From contig CALFYW010000016.1 of the NCBI GenBank assembly GCA_937952265.1, positions 13,086-77,085 of the forward strand: 64,000 nucleotides of DNA, given 5' to 3'. Of this stretch, positions 37,795-46,116 are shown piece by piece. Origin of the DNA: an uncultured bacterium. Its GTDB lineage: Bacteria; Patescibacteriota; Minisyncoccia; Phycocordibacterales; GCA-2401445. The position numbers and the translations under genes were made by a program. Below the pieces are notes generated by a model. The model was not told the DNA's origin, ran no database searches, and saw only the letters and a program-made list of their open reading frames with translations. Position 1 is the first letter of the stretch, and the number at the start of each line of letters is the position of its first letter.

Positions 37795-38478
37795 TTATTT
37801 ACTTTCGTTGCGTAAGTTATTTTCAGCAACTCCAAGGAGATATCCATGAATAAGTTGCTGAATTAAGCTATCTTTTATTCCGTCGACAACTGCCTTAGGT
37901 AGTTCCTTCAATGTTTGGTTTGACTCAAATAGTCCGTCTCCAATTTGGTCGTTAACAGCATTGAGAACAGTTAGTACATCATCGGGTATGGAAATAATTT
38001 TATTTGTATGATTCCTGAAAACACGCTTCCATTCTTCTGCCAAATCTTCATTGTCTTTAATCTCAACTTTTTTAATTGTTACTCCTTTCAAAATCTGTTC
38101 TGCAATAAAAACTTGATAAGCGTTGTGTACAAATGAAGTTAGATAGGATTTCACAGCTTCTATTGTTTTGTACGGCTGTTTATCAAGATCAATTTTATGA
38201 TTTTCTGTTAAGGTGTTTAGCGAATTATGGCTAAATCGCCCAATCATATCCCAAACTGCTTCCGAAGTTAGTTCATTGTATTTTTTTAGTTCATTACCCT
38301 CCGCACGTGCTATTTCTAAAAATTTTTTCCAAAGAATGTTGGCTGATTCTAACTTTGGATCATTTTCTTCTGGATTCTTTTCCGCTGACTCTTGCCCAGA
38401 CTTTTTCAAGCTGTGACCGCAACTGTCACAGAAATTCGCTTGGTCCGATATTTTTGTTCCACAATTTGGGCAAAACAT
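37795..38478 (-). CDS. N-terminal zinc-ribbon protein with unknown soluble domain
   Basis: MFCPNCGTKISDQANFCDSCG. Confidence 0.5.
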   Translation of the reverse strand: MFCPNCGTKISDQANFCDSCGHSLKKSGQESAEKNPEENDPKLESANILWKKFLEIARAEGNELKKYNELTSEAVWDMIGRFSHNSLNTLTENHKIDLDKQPYKTIEAVKSYLTSFVHNAYQVFIAEQILKGVTIKKVEIKDNEDLAEEWKRVFRNHTNKIISIPDDVLTVLNAVNDQIGDGLFESNQTLKELPKAVVDGIKDSLIQQLIHGYLLGVAENNLRNESK

Positions 38479-38487
38479 ATAATCATT

Positions 38488-39120
38488 TTATGGCATAAAT
38501 GTGCCAATAAGTACTAATAGAAACCAAATGACTCCAATTACTATTAAAACCACCTCACCACCAGAAAAACCTGGAGTCAGCACATCATCGCCCTTTATTT
38601 TCTCATTATTATAATTGATTGCTTTTTGAATCGACATCAATGGAATAAAGGTTGCGACTGCAATAATCAGCCAGAGAAGATTAAAACCAACGTCATACGA
38701 TTCAACCCTACTTAGACCATTTCCTATCACGAGGAGTAAAATGTAAGCAGTTGCCAACCACCCCGGCGAATAAGACTCTTTGTAGTCGTGACTTTTAGCA
38801 GATTCTAATACTTTTTTAAACAAACTATGACAGAAAAAAATAGCAAAGATAGCTCTCCAAAACGGTGATATTTTTTGCCCTTCTGCACTTTTAACTGCTT
38901 GCCAGTTTTTGTAAAACCAATAAATTTCATAAATACCTAAAGTAAGAATCGAAAACAAGGCGAGTCGTTTAGGAGATATAGCAAAATACTCAATATCAGT
39001 TATTACGTTTTCCTCGCTTTTCGAATTAGCAGAAGGCTGATTTTCTGCCAACTTTGCTCCACACTTCTGGCAGAATTTTGAACCTTCATCTATTTTTGAT
39101 CCACAGCTTGTACAAAACAT
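38488..39120 (-). CDS. N-terminal zinc-ribbon plus DUF4234-like membrane protein
   Basis: MFCTSCGSKIDEGSKFCQKCG, then LTLGIYEIYWFYKNW (DUF4234-like) and three TM helices. Confidence 0.5.
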   Translation of the reverse strand: MFCTSCGSKIDEGSKFCQKCGAKLAENQPSANSKSEENVITDIEYFAISPKRLALFSILTLGIYEIYWFYKNWQAVKSAEGQKISPFWRAIFAIFFCHSLFKKVLESAKSHDYKESYSPGWLATAYILLLVIGNGLSRVESYDVGFNLLWLIIAVATFIPLMSIQKAINYNNEKIKGDDVLTPGFSGGEVVLIVIGVIWFLLVLIGTFMP

Positions 39121-39125
39121 AATAT

Positions 39126-39332
39126 TTAATTTATTAACTCATCAACGGAAATATCCAACGCCTTGGCGACCTTTCGCAAGGTTTCAAGCGTAGGATTTTT
39201 ATTTTCCCCTGATTCCATTTTAATAATCGTATTATTGGCGACATCGGCCAATCTCGCCAATCGCTCTTGTGAAAGGCCTTTTTGCTTTCGCAACTTTTCC
39301 ACATTCTTTGATAAATTTTCGTTCTTTGACAT
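39126..39332 (-). CDS. XRE-family HTH transcriptional regulator
   Basis: LRKQKGLSQERLARLADVANNTIIKMESGE; start set at MSKNEN. Confidence 0.7.
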   Translation of the reverse strand: MSKNENLSKNVEKLRKQKGLSQERLARLADVANNTIIKMESGENKNPTLETLRKVAKALDISVDELIN

Positions 39333-39348
39333 ATCTTTAGTGTAGTAG

Positions 39349-39395
39349 TAACATTGAAATAGAGTATGCAAATCTTTTCAACTATTTCAATGTTA
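39349..39395. promoter_or_regulatory. Perfect 14-bp inverted repeat upstream of the XRE gene (candidate operator)
   Basis: taacattgaaatag-N19-ctatttcaatgtta, 17-63 nt upstream of the XRE ATG. Confidence 0.5.
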
Positions 39396-39482
39396 CATCT
39401 AAAATATAAAAAAGTCAAAACTAAAGGGAGTTCCCTGTTGCCCGCGCACGGGAGTGGTGGGGCAAGGGCAACTATAAATCCG

Positions 39483-39812
39483 GTAGCCCCACAAAAAATT
39501 TCCGCCCCGAAGCGAGGGCGTGGCGGAAGGAGGGGGTTGGGGGGAGGAATTCCGCCACGCCCGAGCGAAATCAGAAAGAGGCCGCACCCGCCGCCCTGAT
39601 CGTCAGAGCAGAGCACCACAGAAAAGTTTTGTTTTCCTTTTAGAAGAAAAAATCGGTCGCGCGCAAAAGGAAAATCGTAAACAAAACTTTTCTGTGGTGG
39701 GGCGAGAGTCAGCGAGCGGCGGGAATCTTGGCGGTGGATTTCAGAAACCCTTGGCATTTCCTTGCGGAAATGCCTGCCGAAGCGAGGGACGAAGCCCCGA
39801 GCGAGGCAACTA
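39483..39812. repeat. GC-rich palindromic repeat, copy B (longer; extra 5' module)
   Basis: gtagccccacaaaaaatttccgccccgaagcgagg ... matches the reverse complement of copy A. Internal 20-bp inverted repeat ccacagaaaagttttgtttt / aaaacaaaacttttctgtgg. Confidence 0.7.
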
Positions 39813-39820
39813 ATCAACTT

Positions 39821-39894
39821 TGGTGGACCTAGCGAGAATCGAACTCGCGCCTCTACAATGCGAATGTAGCGTCGTACCACTAGACTATAGGCCC
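39821..39894 (-). tRNA. tRNA-Ala (CGC)
   Basis: Hand-folded cloverleaf: G3:U70, anticodon loop TTCGCAT, T-loop TTCGATT, encoded CCA. Confidence 0.8.
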
Positions 39895-39910
39895 TAAAAC
39901 GGTATATCAA

Positions 39911-39981
39911 TCGGGGTGCCGGGAATTGAACCCGGTCTACACGCACCCGAAGCGTGCGTACTACCGGTATACTACACCCCG
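39911..39981 (-). tRNA. tRNA-Pro (CGG)
   Basis: C1:G72 and A73 (bacterial Pro identity), anticodon loop TTCGGGT, T-loop TTCAATT, no encoded CCA. Confidence 0.75.
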
Positions 39982-40104
39982 CTTAACGTAACTCCTAAAA
40001 ATCCAACTCTACTGTAGCAGAAATTGCGACAAAAGATACTACTCTTTTTTTAATTAAGGCCGCTCGAAGTATTTTGCTACGTTTCAAATAGCGGTCCCAT
40101 TTTG

Positions 40105-40175
40105 TGGACTCACGGGGGATCGCACCCCGGACTCGTCCATGCCATGGACGCGTATTACTACTATACTATGAGCCC
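40105..40175 (-). tRNA. tRNA-Ala (GGC)
   Basis: G3:U70, anticodon loop ATGGCAT, A73, no encoded CCA. Confidence 0.75.
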
Positions 40176-40210
40176 AAGCTCTCACATCATACAAAAAATG
40201 GGGTGAAAAA

Positions 40211-41062
40211 TTAAGCACCTCGCTTGAGGCGCAAATTAGCAAAGGCTCCATGTAAACCACCAATATCCCCAAGGGATGCCTTTTTAATCTGAGGGAGTTT
40301 AGGAAAAATCTTTAATACTTTTTCTAGATTCCGCTCAATTGCGCTAATAGGAATTGCGGGATCCCCCACAATCATAGATCCTCCAAGCACCACCACATCA
40401 GGAGACCAATGCACAATCGTATTATTAAGCCCGTAGGCAAGCCATGCTGCCAGCTCTTCCCACAGCCCATCCCCTTGGGGAATTTCATATGGTTTTTTCC
40501 CAAAACGTTTCTCTACGGCACTTCCAGAAACCATACTTTCAAGATCGCTACCAATACAGTCGGTGCAACTGGATTGATCGAGATCAATGACCTGGTGCCC
40601 AGGTTCAAAACCAAGTACATACTCATCGATTTTTCCATTCACAATCCTTCCTCCGCCCACCCCGGTACTCACGGTAATGTACGCAACGATATTAAAACCT
40701 TTTCCCGCGCCGGCTACGGCTTCGCCGAGACCCACCACTGATCCATCATTCTCAATAAACACCTCACTTTGAAATGCCTCCTCGAGGAGCGTCTTTATCG
40801 GTACGCCAACCCATCCGCTTAAATTAGGAGAGCGCATCAACGTTCGGTCTTTCCCTGACAAAATACCCGCAATATCACCCGAGACTCCGGTAATAGGTTT
40901 TCCTTCGGTGAGCTCTCGAGCAACTTCGCTTATCTGCGTTACTCCTTCTTGGGATGTCTGAGGGGTCGGAAATACCTTCTTTTCTTCAAAAGAAGTGCAG
41001 TCGCCATTACAAACTGCAATCCGTGTCTTTGTTCCTCCAATATCAAAAAGTATGTAGGTCAT
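40211..41062 (-). CDS. ROK-family sugar kinase (glucokinase-like)
   Basis: ILFDIGGTKTRIAV N-terminus, ROK-like Gly-rich motifs. Adjacent to pgi. Confidence 0.6.
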   Translation of the reverse strand: MTYILFDIGGTKTRIAVCNGDCTSFEEKKVFPTPQTSQEGVTQISEVARELTEGKPITGVSGDIAGILSGKDRTLMRSPNLSGWVGVPIKTLLEEAFQSEVFIENDGSVVGLGEAVAGAGKGFNIVAYITVSTGVGGGRIVNGKIDEYVLGFEPGHQVIDLDQSSCTDCIGSDLESMVSGSAVEKRFGKKPYEIPQGDGLWEELAAWLAYGLNNTIVHWSPDVVVLGGSMIVGDPAIPISAIERNLEKVLKIFPKLPQIKKASLGDIGGLHGAFANLRLKRGA

Positions 41063-41073
41063 CGTTGTTTTTA

Positions 41074-42384
41074 TTACGCCCCTAATAACATTCGAGTTTC
41101 GTTTTTGTAGGATTCGACATCTGGCTGATCAAACGGATTCACATTGAATAACTTTCCTAAAAACATCATGGTTATCATCTGATACTGCATAAACTCGCCT
41201 AATGTCCCCGCATCAATTTTCTCAAGACCTACGGTGATAAAAGGAAGCTCTTTTTTTCGATAGGTCTCTACCACCCCGGTAAGTATTGCTCCCATAATAT
41301 GATCAAAAGACTTGCCCGCAATACCCTGAACCGTATTGAAAATAGTGTCCTTCGGGACAGAAGGTGTTACTCCACTTGGCGCATCAGCTACGCGCACAAA
41401 GGTAGTAAATTTATCCTGAGGACCCCCAACATAGAGCTGGCCAACTGAGTGAAGATCGACTGATCCAATGGAGATGATTGGCGTGATACCAGCGTGCACC
41501 ACTTCTCCAGCCTCATTATGTGTTTTCCCGATACTCTCACCGAGAAGTTGTCGGTACCATTTCCCTAATGACTCAAGCCGAGGTGTAAAAAAGAAACTAT
41601 TGTGAATCGTTTTCCCTTTCTTTGTATTTTCAAATAATGCAAGCGCGGTTATCAGTGCATGGTTGCTTTCCCCATCATAAAGCCCGTTTTCAACTGCTCG
41701 CTGCGCACCCGCACGAAACTCATCAACATCAACTCCCGCGCAAAGGAGCGGAAATATGCCAACCGAAGAAAAAACTGAATACCGTCCCCCTACCGGAGCA
41801 GGAATGGGGAGCGTGATAATACTCTTCTCAGTCGCATCCTTCCATAAAGGGCTCCCCTCATCAGTAATCATTACCACTCGTGAAAAAATATCCTCCCCAT
41901 GAGAAGAGAGTTGATCGAGGAGGTGCTCGGTATGCGCGATAGTCTCAACGGTCGTTCCTGATTTGCTCACCACGATAATCAACACTTCATCGCGGTGTTT
42001 GATTTCTTTCAAAAGAGTCTCGTATGCCGAAACATCAACCCCACTTACCGTATCCAGAAAAAACATTTTCGGAAACCGATGAGGATCGAGCTGATCAACC
42101 CCGCCGTATAACGCATCGTAAAGCGCTCGGACTCCTAAATTTGAACCACCAATACCAATAAGAAAAATGTACTTAACGCTATGTATCTTCTTTTCTTCAA
42201 CAATTGAAACACAGGTGTCGAGAAGCGCTTCGTCGTAAGGTAGGTTTATTGAACTCTCAGGAGCTTCGTACCCACCCTTTCCACGAACCGTACGCAATGA
42301 ATCGATATAGGGGCCAAGTAACGGTTTCGCCGCATCCACTGCCGAAGAAGAAATACCGCTCGTTTCTCGATAATGAAATTCCAT
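41074..42384 (-). CDS. pgi: Glucose-6-phosphate isomerase
   Basis: GIGGSNLG, SKSGTT and GGRYS PGI signatures. Confidence 0.85.
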   Translation of the reverse strand: MEFHYRETSGISSSAVDAAKPLLGPYIDSLRTVRGKGGYEAPESSINLPYDEALLDTCVSIVEEKKIHSVKYIFLIGIGGSNLGVRALYDALYGGVDQLDPHRFPKMFFLDTVSGVDVSAYETLLKEIKHRDEVLIIVVSKSGTTVETIAHTEHLLDQLSSHGEDIFSRVVMITDEGSPLWKDATEKSIITLPIPAPVGGRYSVFSSVGIFPLLCAGVDVDEFRAGAQRAVENGLYDGESNHALITALALFENTKKGKTIHNSFFFTPRLESLGKWYRQLLGESIGKTHNEAGEVVHAGITPIISIGSVDLHSVGQLYVGGPQDKFTTFVRVADAPSGVTPSVPKDTIFNTVQGIAGKSFDHIMGAILTGVVETYRKKELPFITVGLEKIDAGTLGEFMQYQMITMMFLGKLFNVNPFDQPDVESYKNETRMLLGA

Positions 42385-42431
42385 AGTATTAGGTAATACA
42401 CCTTAGTATATCACAGGGATAAAGACCGATC

Positions 42432-43160
42432 TCAAACCAAATCACTATCCGTACAGAAAGTTACATGGCGCATCTCGTGGACAATTTGTGCGGGCACCTC
42501 AGGAATAAAATTTGCGCCTGACGCCACTCGGGCAACCATAAGCCGTTTTTCCTTCCCTCGTGCGTAGACAAGCGCATGATCGACCTCTTCTCTTAAAAAA
42601 GAGTTGGTGACCGTAACTCGTGCAGTATGGATACTCTTTTTGGGAGAAACCTCGTAGCCAACCACCCATTGTTCTGGCAATTCAAAGAGCGCGTTAAATT
42701 GTGCGGGGTCTTCGGGAAAAGGAAAAATACCCGCGGTATGCCCATCAACGCCAACACCCATGGTTGCAATAGTAATTCCGTTTGGGTTCTCTTGCTTCCA
42801 TTCGCGAATCAGCCTCTCATGATCTTCAGCAAAAGAATCAAGGGTATGCGCAGAGCGAGGAATACTGGGGATACACGAAACCCCTGCATTCTGTGCTGAA
42901 TTAAAAAAATCACTCTTTGAGAGTAATGAGAAATTATTAACATGCGGATCGCGAGAAAAACGTTCATCAAGTACCGCGATCGTTATACGGGCACTCATCA
43001 CTTCTGGGCTTACTGAGGAGAGCATCTCTCCCGCTGATCCACCAGAGAGCATCAGCAGGATCGGATCTTGTATGTAGACTTCAAGTAAATTTTCAAGAAT
43101 GAGTCCTGCACGCTCGGGCAAACGTTCAAACTCCTGAATCACCACGAGTTCGTGCTCCAT
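42432..43160 (-). CDS. pgl: 6-phosphogluconolactonase
   Basis: NagB/DevB fold: LMLSGGSAG ... DERF. Sits between zwf and gnd. Confidence 0.7.
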   Translation of the reverse strand: MEHELVVIQEFERLPERAGLILENLLEVYIQDPILLMLSGGSAGEMLSSVSPEVMSARITIAVLDERFSRDPHVNNFSLLSKSDFFNSAQNAGVSCIPSIPRSAHTLDSFAEDHERLIREWKQENPNGITIATMGVGVDGHTAGIFPFPEDPAQFNALFELPEQWVVGYEVSPKKSIHTARVTVTNSFLREEVDHALVYARGKEKRLMVARVASGANFIPEVPAQIVHEMRHVTFCTDSDLV

Positions 43161-43161
43161 A

Positions 43162-44058
43162 CTATTTTTCTGTTACGCTATGTCCGCCAAATTGATTCCG
43201 AAGTACTGACACCACTTTCCCCGTATAGTTTGGATCCTCTTTTGAGCGTATTCGAAAATCAAATGAAGCTTGAATGACCGGAGTCTCAACCCCCAACTCT
43301 TTCCCCGTAGCAATGGTCCATTCGCCTTCCCCAGTATGCGCAATACTACCAGAGACCTCTTTGAGTTCAGCACCATATTCCTTAAAGCCCGACAAAAGCC
43401 AACCAACCAGGCGTGAATCAATCACGCTCTGATTATGGTAGACACGAGCAACCTCTTCCACATCAAGATTAAATGAAGATTTCTTTAGTATTGCAAATCC
43501 TTCCGCAAGAGCCTGCATCATGCCATACTCGATTCCATTATGTACCATTTTTACAAAATGTCCGGCACCTACTGATCCCATATGTCCAAACGCATGGGGC
43601 GCCGCAATTGCTTTAAATAGGTCCTTATGTTTCGTAACAATGGCGTGATCGCCCCCAATCATAAGACACGCACCGTTTCGAGCTCCCCCAGGCCCTCCGG
43701 AAACGCCCACGTCAATAAAATGTATCCCCTCTTTCTCGAGTGCTTCTCCGCGACGCATTGAATCCTTAAAAAAAGAATTCCCCCCATCAATCACCGTATC
43801 CCCTTTCTTGAGTAAGACACGAATCTCTTGGAGTAATTCATCAACAGCGTGATGCGGAACCATAAGCCAAACAGTTCGAGGTGCTGGGAGGAGAGAAATG
43901 AGATGTGAGAGAGAGTCCGCAGTTTCAACTCCAATCCGACGTGCTTCTTCTAAAGAGGGTGTGCTTCGATTGTATGCGATTACCTCGTGCTGATGCTCGT
44001 GCAAACGCGCAATCATATTGAGCCCCATTTTTCCTAATCCAATATATCCAAGTTTCAT
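43162..44058 (-). CDS. gnd: 6-phosphogluconate dehydrogenase (short, decarboxylating, Gnd-like)
   Basis: GYIGLGKMGLNM Rossmann motif and GxGHxVKMVHNGIEYG. Start set at MKLGYIG. Confidence 0.8.
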   Translation of the reverse strand: MKLGYIGLGKMGLNMIARLHEHQHEVIAYNRSTPSLEEARRIGVETADSLSHLISLLPAPRTVWLMVPHHAVDELLQEIRVLLKKGDTVIDGGNSFFKDSMRRGEALEKEGIHFIDVGVSGGPGGARNGACLMIGGDHAIVTKHKDLFKAIAAPHAFGHMGSVGAGHFVKMVHNGIEYGMMQALAEGFAILKKSSFNLDVEEVARVYHNQSVIDSRLVGWLLSGFKEYGAELKEVSGSIAHTGEGEWTIATGKELGVETPVIQASFDFRIRSKEDPNYTGKVVSVLRNQFGGHSVTEK

Positions 44059-44303
44059 TTTATTAAGTATACCCCACTGCTGATAATCATTAAAATCATA
44101 GTGAGATTGACAATGTGATAAGAAACCGATACACTTTCCATCGAAAGAGTACAAGGAGGGTGTACATGAGTGAGTCCCCAATAACTCCGATCTCTTCCAG
44201 CTTGGTGTGGAGAGATACGGAGAGAGAAACCACGTTAAGGATCATTCATCTACAGCGATCAAAAAGCAACGCATTTCCTCTGTTGCGCCCTTCAAGCCGA
44301 GAC

Positions 44304-45752
44304 CTAAAATAGGTCTCGGCTTTTTTCATTGATTTCTTCTCCAATCGTCTGAGGGTCCGCCCCTCGTGCATACCGATACAGCGGAGTTTTTTTCCAACGC
44401 TTAAGAATAGGAGTGATAAATTTCCATGACGCTATGACTTCTTCAGTGCTCGCAAATAATGTTTGGTCTCCACGAATACAATCAAAAAGGACCCGTTCAT
44501 ACGCATCCGGAATTCGCTCATCATTATCTGACTCTGCATAAAAGAAAGAAAGTGGTTTTTCTTGAAGCAAATTATCGAACCCTGGTTTTTTTGCCCAAAA
44601 CGAAACCTTAATCCCGGGCTTCGGTTGAATCATAAAGGTTAAGGTGTTACGACATTCACGCTCTTCTTGAGAGAAAAAATGAAGTTTTGGCAATGCCTTA
44701 AAATGGATCGTGATAGAAACGGAAGATTCATTCAGCGCTTTTCCGCTTTCGAGAAAAAACGGAACCCCGCGCCACCGTGAATTTCTCACTCCAAGAGCCA
44801 ATCGAAAATACGTCTCGGTCTCTGAACCGGAAAGCACATTCGCTTCATCCCGATATCCTTCATACTGCGCTCGCCTATGATACTTACGAAATTTTTTAGA
44901 TAAGGACAGTCGCTCCAATACACGAGCTCGCTCAGAACGAATATCAGAAGCAGTCAGTGTGCGAGGATTTTCCATCGCAATAAGCGAGAGCATTTGTAAG
45001 AGATGGTTCTGCCCCACGTCACGAAGGGCACCGATTGGATCATAAAATGCTCCGCGCTTCGAAAGATCATGTTTCTCTAAAAACTGAATGTGTACTTCGC
45101 CGATATACCGGTGATTCCATAATGGTTCAAAAATGGTATTTGAAAATCGAAAGGATAAAATATTCTGCACGGTCTCTTTGGCTAAATAGTGGTCAATTCG
45201 AAAAATTTGTTCTTCACGAAATAATTTTCCTAACATTCGGTCGAGCTTAACCGCCGTATCAACATCATTGCCAAATGGCTTTTCTACTAAAATCCGCGTC
45301 CAGCCAGCTTCTTCGCTACACGGAACAGTTAATTTTGAATGCGCGAGATTCTTAAAAATCACTTCATAATGAGCAGGCGGTACGGCAAGATAGAAAAGTT
45401 TGTTTGAGCATTGTCCAAACTCCTTATCGATGTGTTGTAGCATCTCCGCAAGATGGACATAATGCGCTTCATCGTCAAACAAACCTTGGTGATAAAAGAT
45501 GGTATTGAGAAATTCTTGCACCATGCGTTGGTTATGGTGATGCGCTTTCTCAGTAATTGCCTGATTAAGAAATGATCGAAAATCCTCGTGCGAGAATTCA
45601 CGTCTCGAGAAACCAACAATACGGAAGCGTAGCGGCAGTTTCCCTCGAACATAAAGATCAAGCAGTGCGGGAATAAGTTTTTTTTGCGCAAGATCTCCCG
45701 TAATACCCAAAATAACAAAAATGGTTGGAGGATAGGACGCGTCGCGATGCAT
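44304..45752 (-). CDS. zwf: Glucose-6-phosphate 1-dehydrogenase
   Basis: ILGITGDLAQKKLIPAL, RIDHYLAKE. Start set at MHRDAS. Confidence 0.85.
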   Translation of the reverse strand: MHRDASYPPTIFVILGITGDLAQKKLIPALLDLYVRGKLPLRFRIVGFSRREFSHEDFRSFLNQAITEKAHHHNQRMVQEFLNTIFYHQGLFDDEAHYVHLAEMLQHIDKEFGQCSNKLFYLAVPPAHYEVIFKNLAHSKLTVPCSEEAGWTRILVEKPFGNDVDTAVKLDRMLGKLFREEQIFRIDHYLAKETVQNILSFRFSNTIFEPLWNHRYIGEVHIQFLEKHDLSKRGAFYDPIGALRDVGQNHLLQMLSLIAMENPRTLTASDIRSERARVLERLSLSKKFRKYHRRAQYEGYRDEANVLSGSETETYFRLALGVRNSRWRGVPFFLESGKALNESSVSITIHFKALPKLHFFSQEERECRNTLTFMIQPKPGIKVSFWAKKPGFDNLLQEKPLSFFYAESDNDERIPDAYERVLFDCIRGDQTLFASTEEVIASWKFITPILKRWKKTPLYRYARGADPQTIGEEINEKSRDLF

Positions 45753-45962
45753 AGGGCTAGTATAACAAAAAAACATACTTCCTTGTGAATTACAAATTTT
45801 TCACTATAATGATGGAAGTTTTGCAATGTATGAAATATAGTGTCTATGTATTAAGAGATCAGAATGGTTTATACAGAAGAGTATGGTAATTTTGAAGAAG
45901 CGCGCAAAAGAGAGCTATATTTAAAATCTTCAGCAGGTCGCCGATTTTTGAAAAAACATATT

Positions 45963-46038
45963 GGGCCCGTAGCTTAGTTGGTAGAGCGCTGCATTTGCAA
46001 TGCAGAGGTCAGGGGTTCGACTCCCCTCGGGTCCACCA
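45963..46038 (+). tRNA. tRNA-Ala (TGC)
   Basis: gggcccgtagcttag ... anticodon loop TTTGCAA, G3:U70, encoded CCA. Confidence 0.85.
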
Positions 46039-46116
46039 AAGTTGATTAGTTTGATAAATGAGTCAAAATTTTTTTCAATAGATATACCAAAACAATATAA
46101 GGTATAATCAACCTCA

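Noticed and set aside
34981-39812. Possibility that the GC-rich repeats are a known housekeeping RNA (SRP/4.5S, RNase P, tmRNA, 6S)
   Set aside because: No GGAAGGAAGCAGC-like SRP domain IV, no RNase P P4 or GNRA signatures, and no tmRNA tag reading frame or tRNA-like ends were found. Two diverged copies also argue against a single-copy housekeeping RNA.
39134-39946. 270-aa minus-strand ORF spanning the XRE gene, repeat copy B and two tRNAs
   Set aside because: It runs through tRNA genes and the GC-rich palindromic repeat. Its low-complexity Pro/Gly/Arg-rich translation is a by-product of GC-rich DNA. The real gene is the short XRE ORF 39126-39332.
44285-44318. Hairpin aagccgagacc-taaaata-ggtctcggctttttt overlapping the zwf stop
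   Set aside because: It looks like a plus-strand intrinsic terminator, but no credible plus-strand gene ends there. On the minus strand it lacks a U-tract. Left unannotated as ambiguous.
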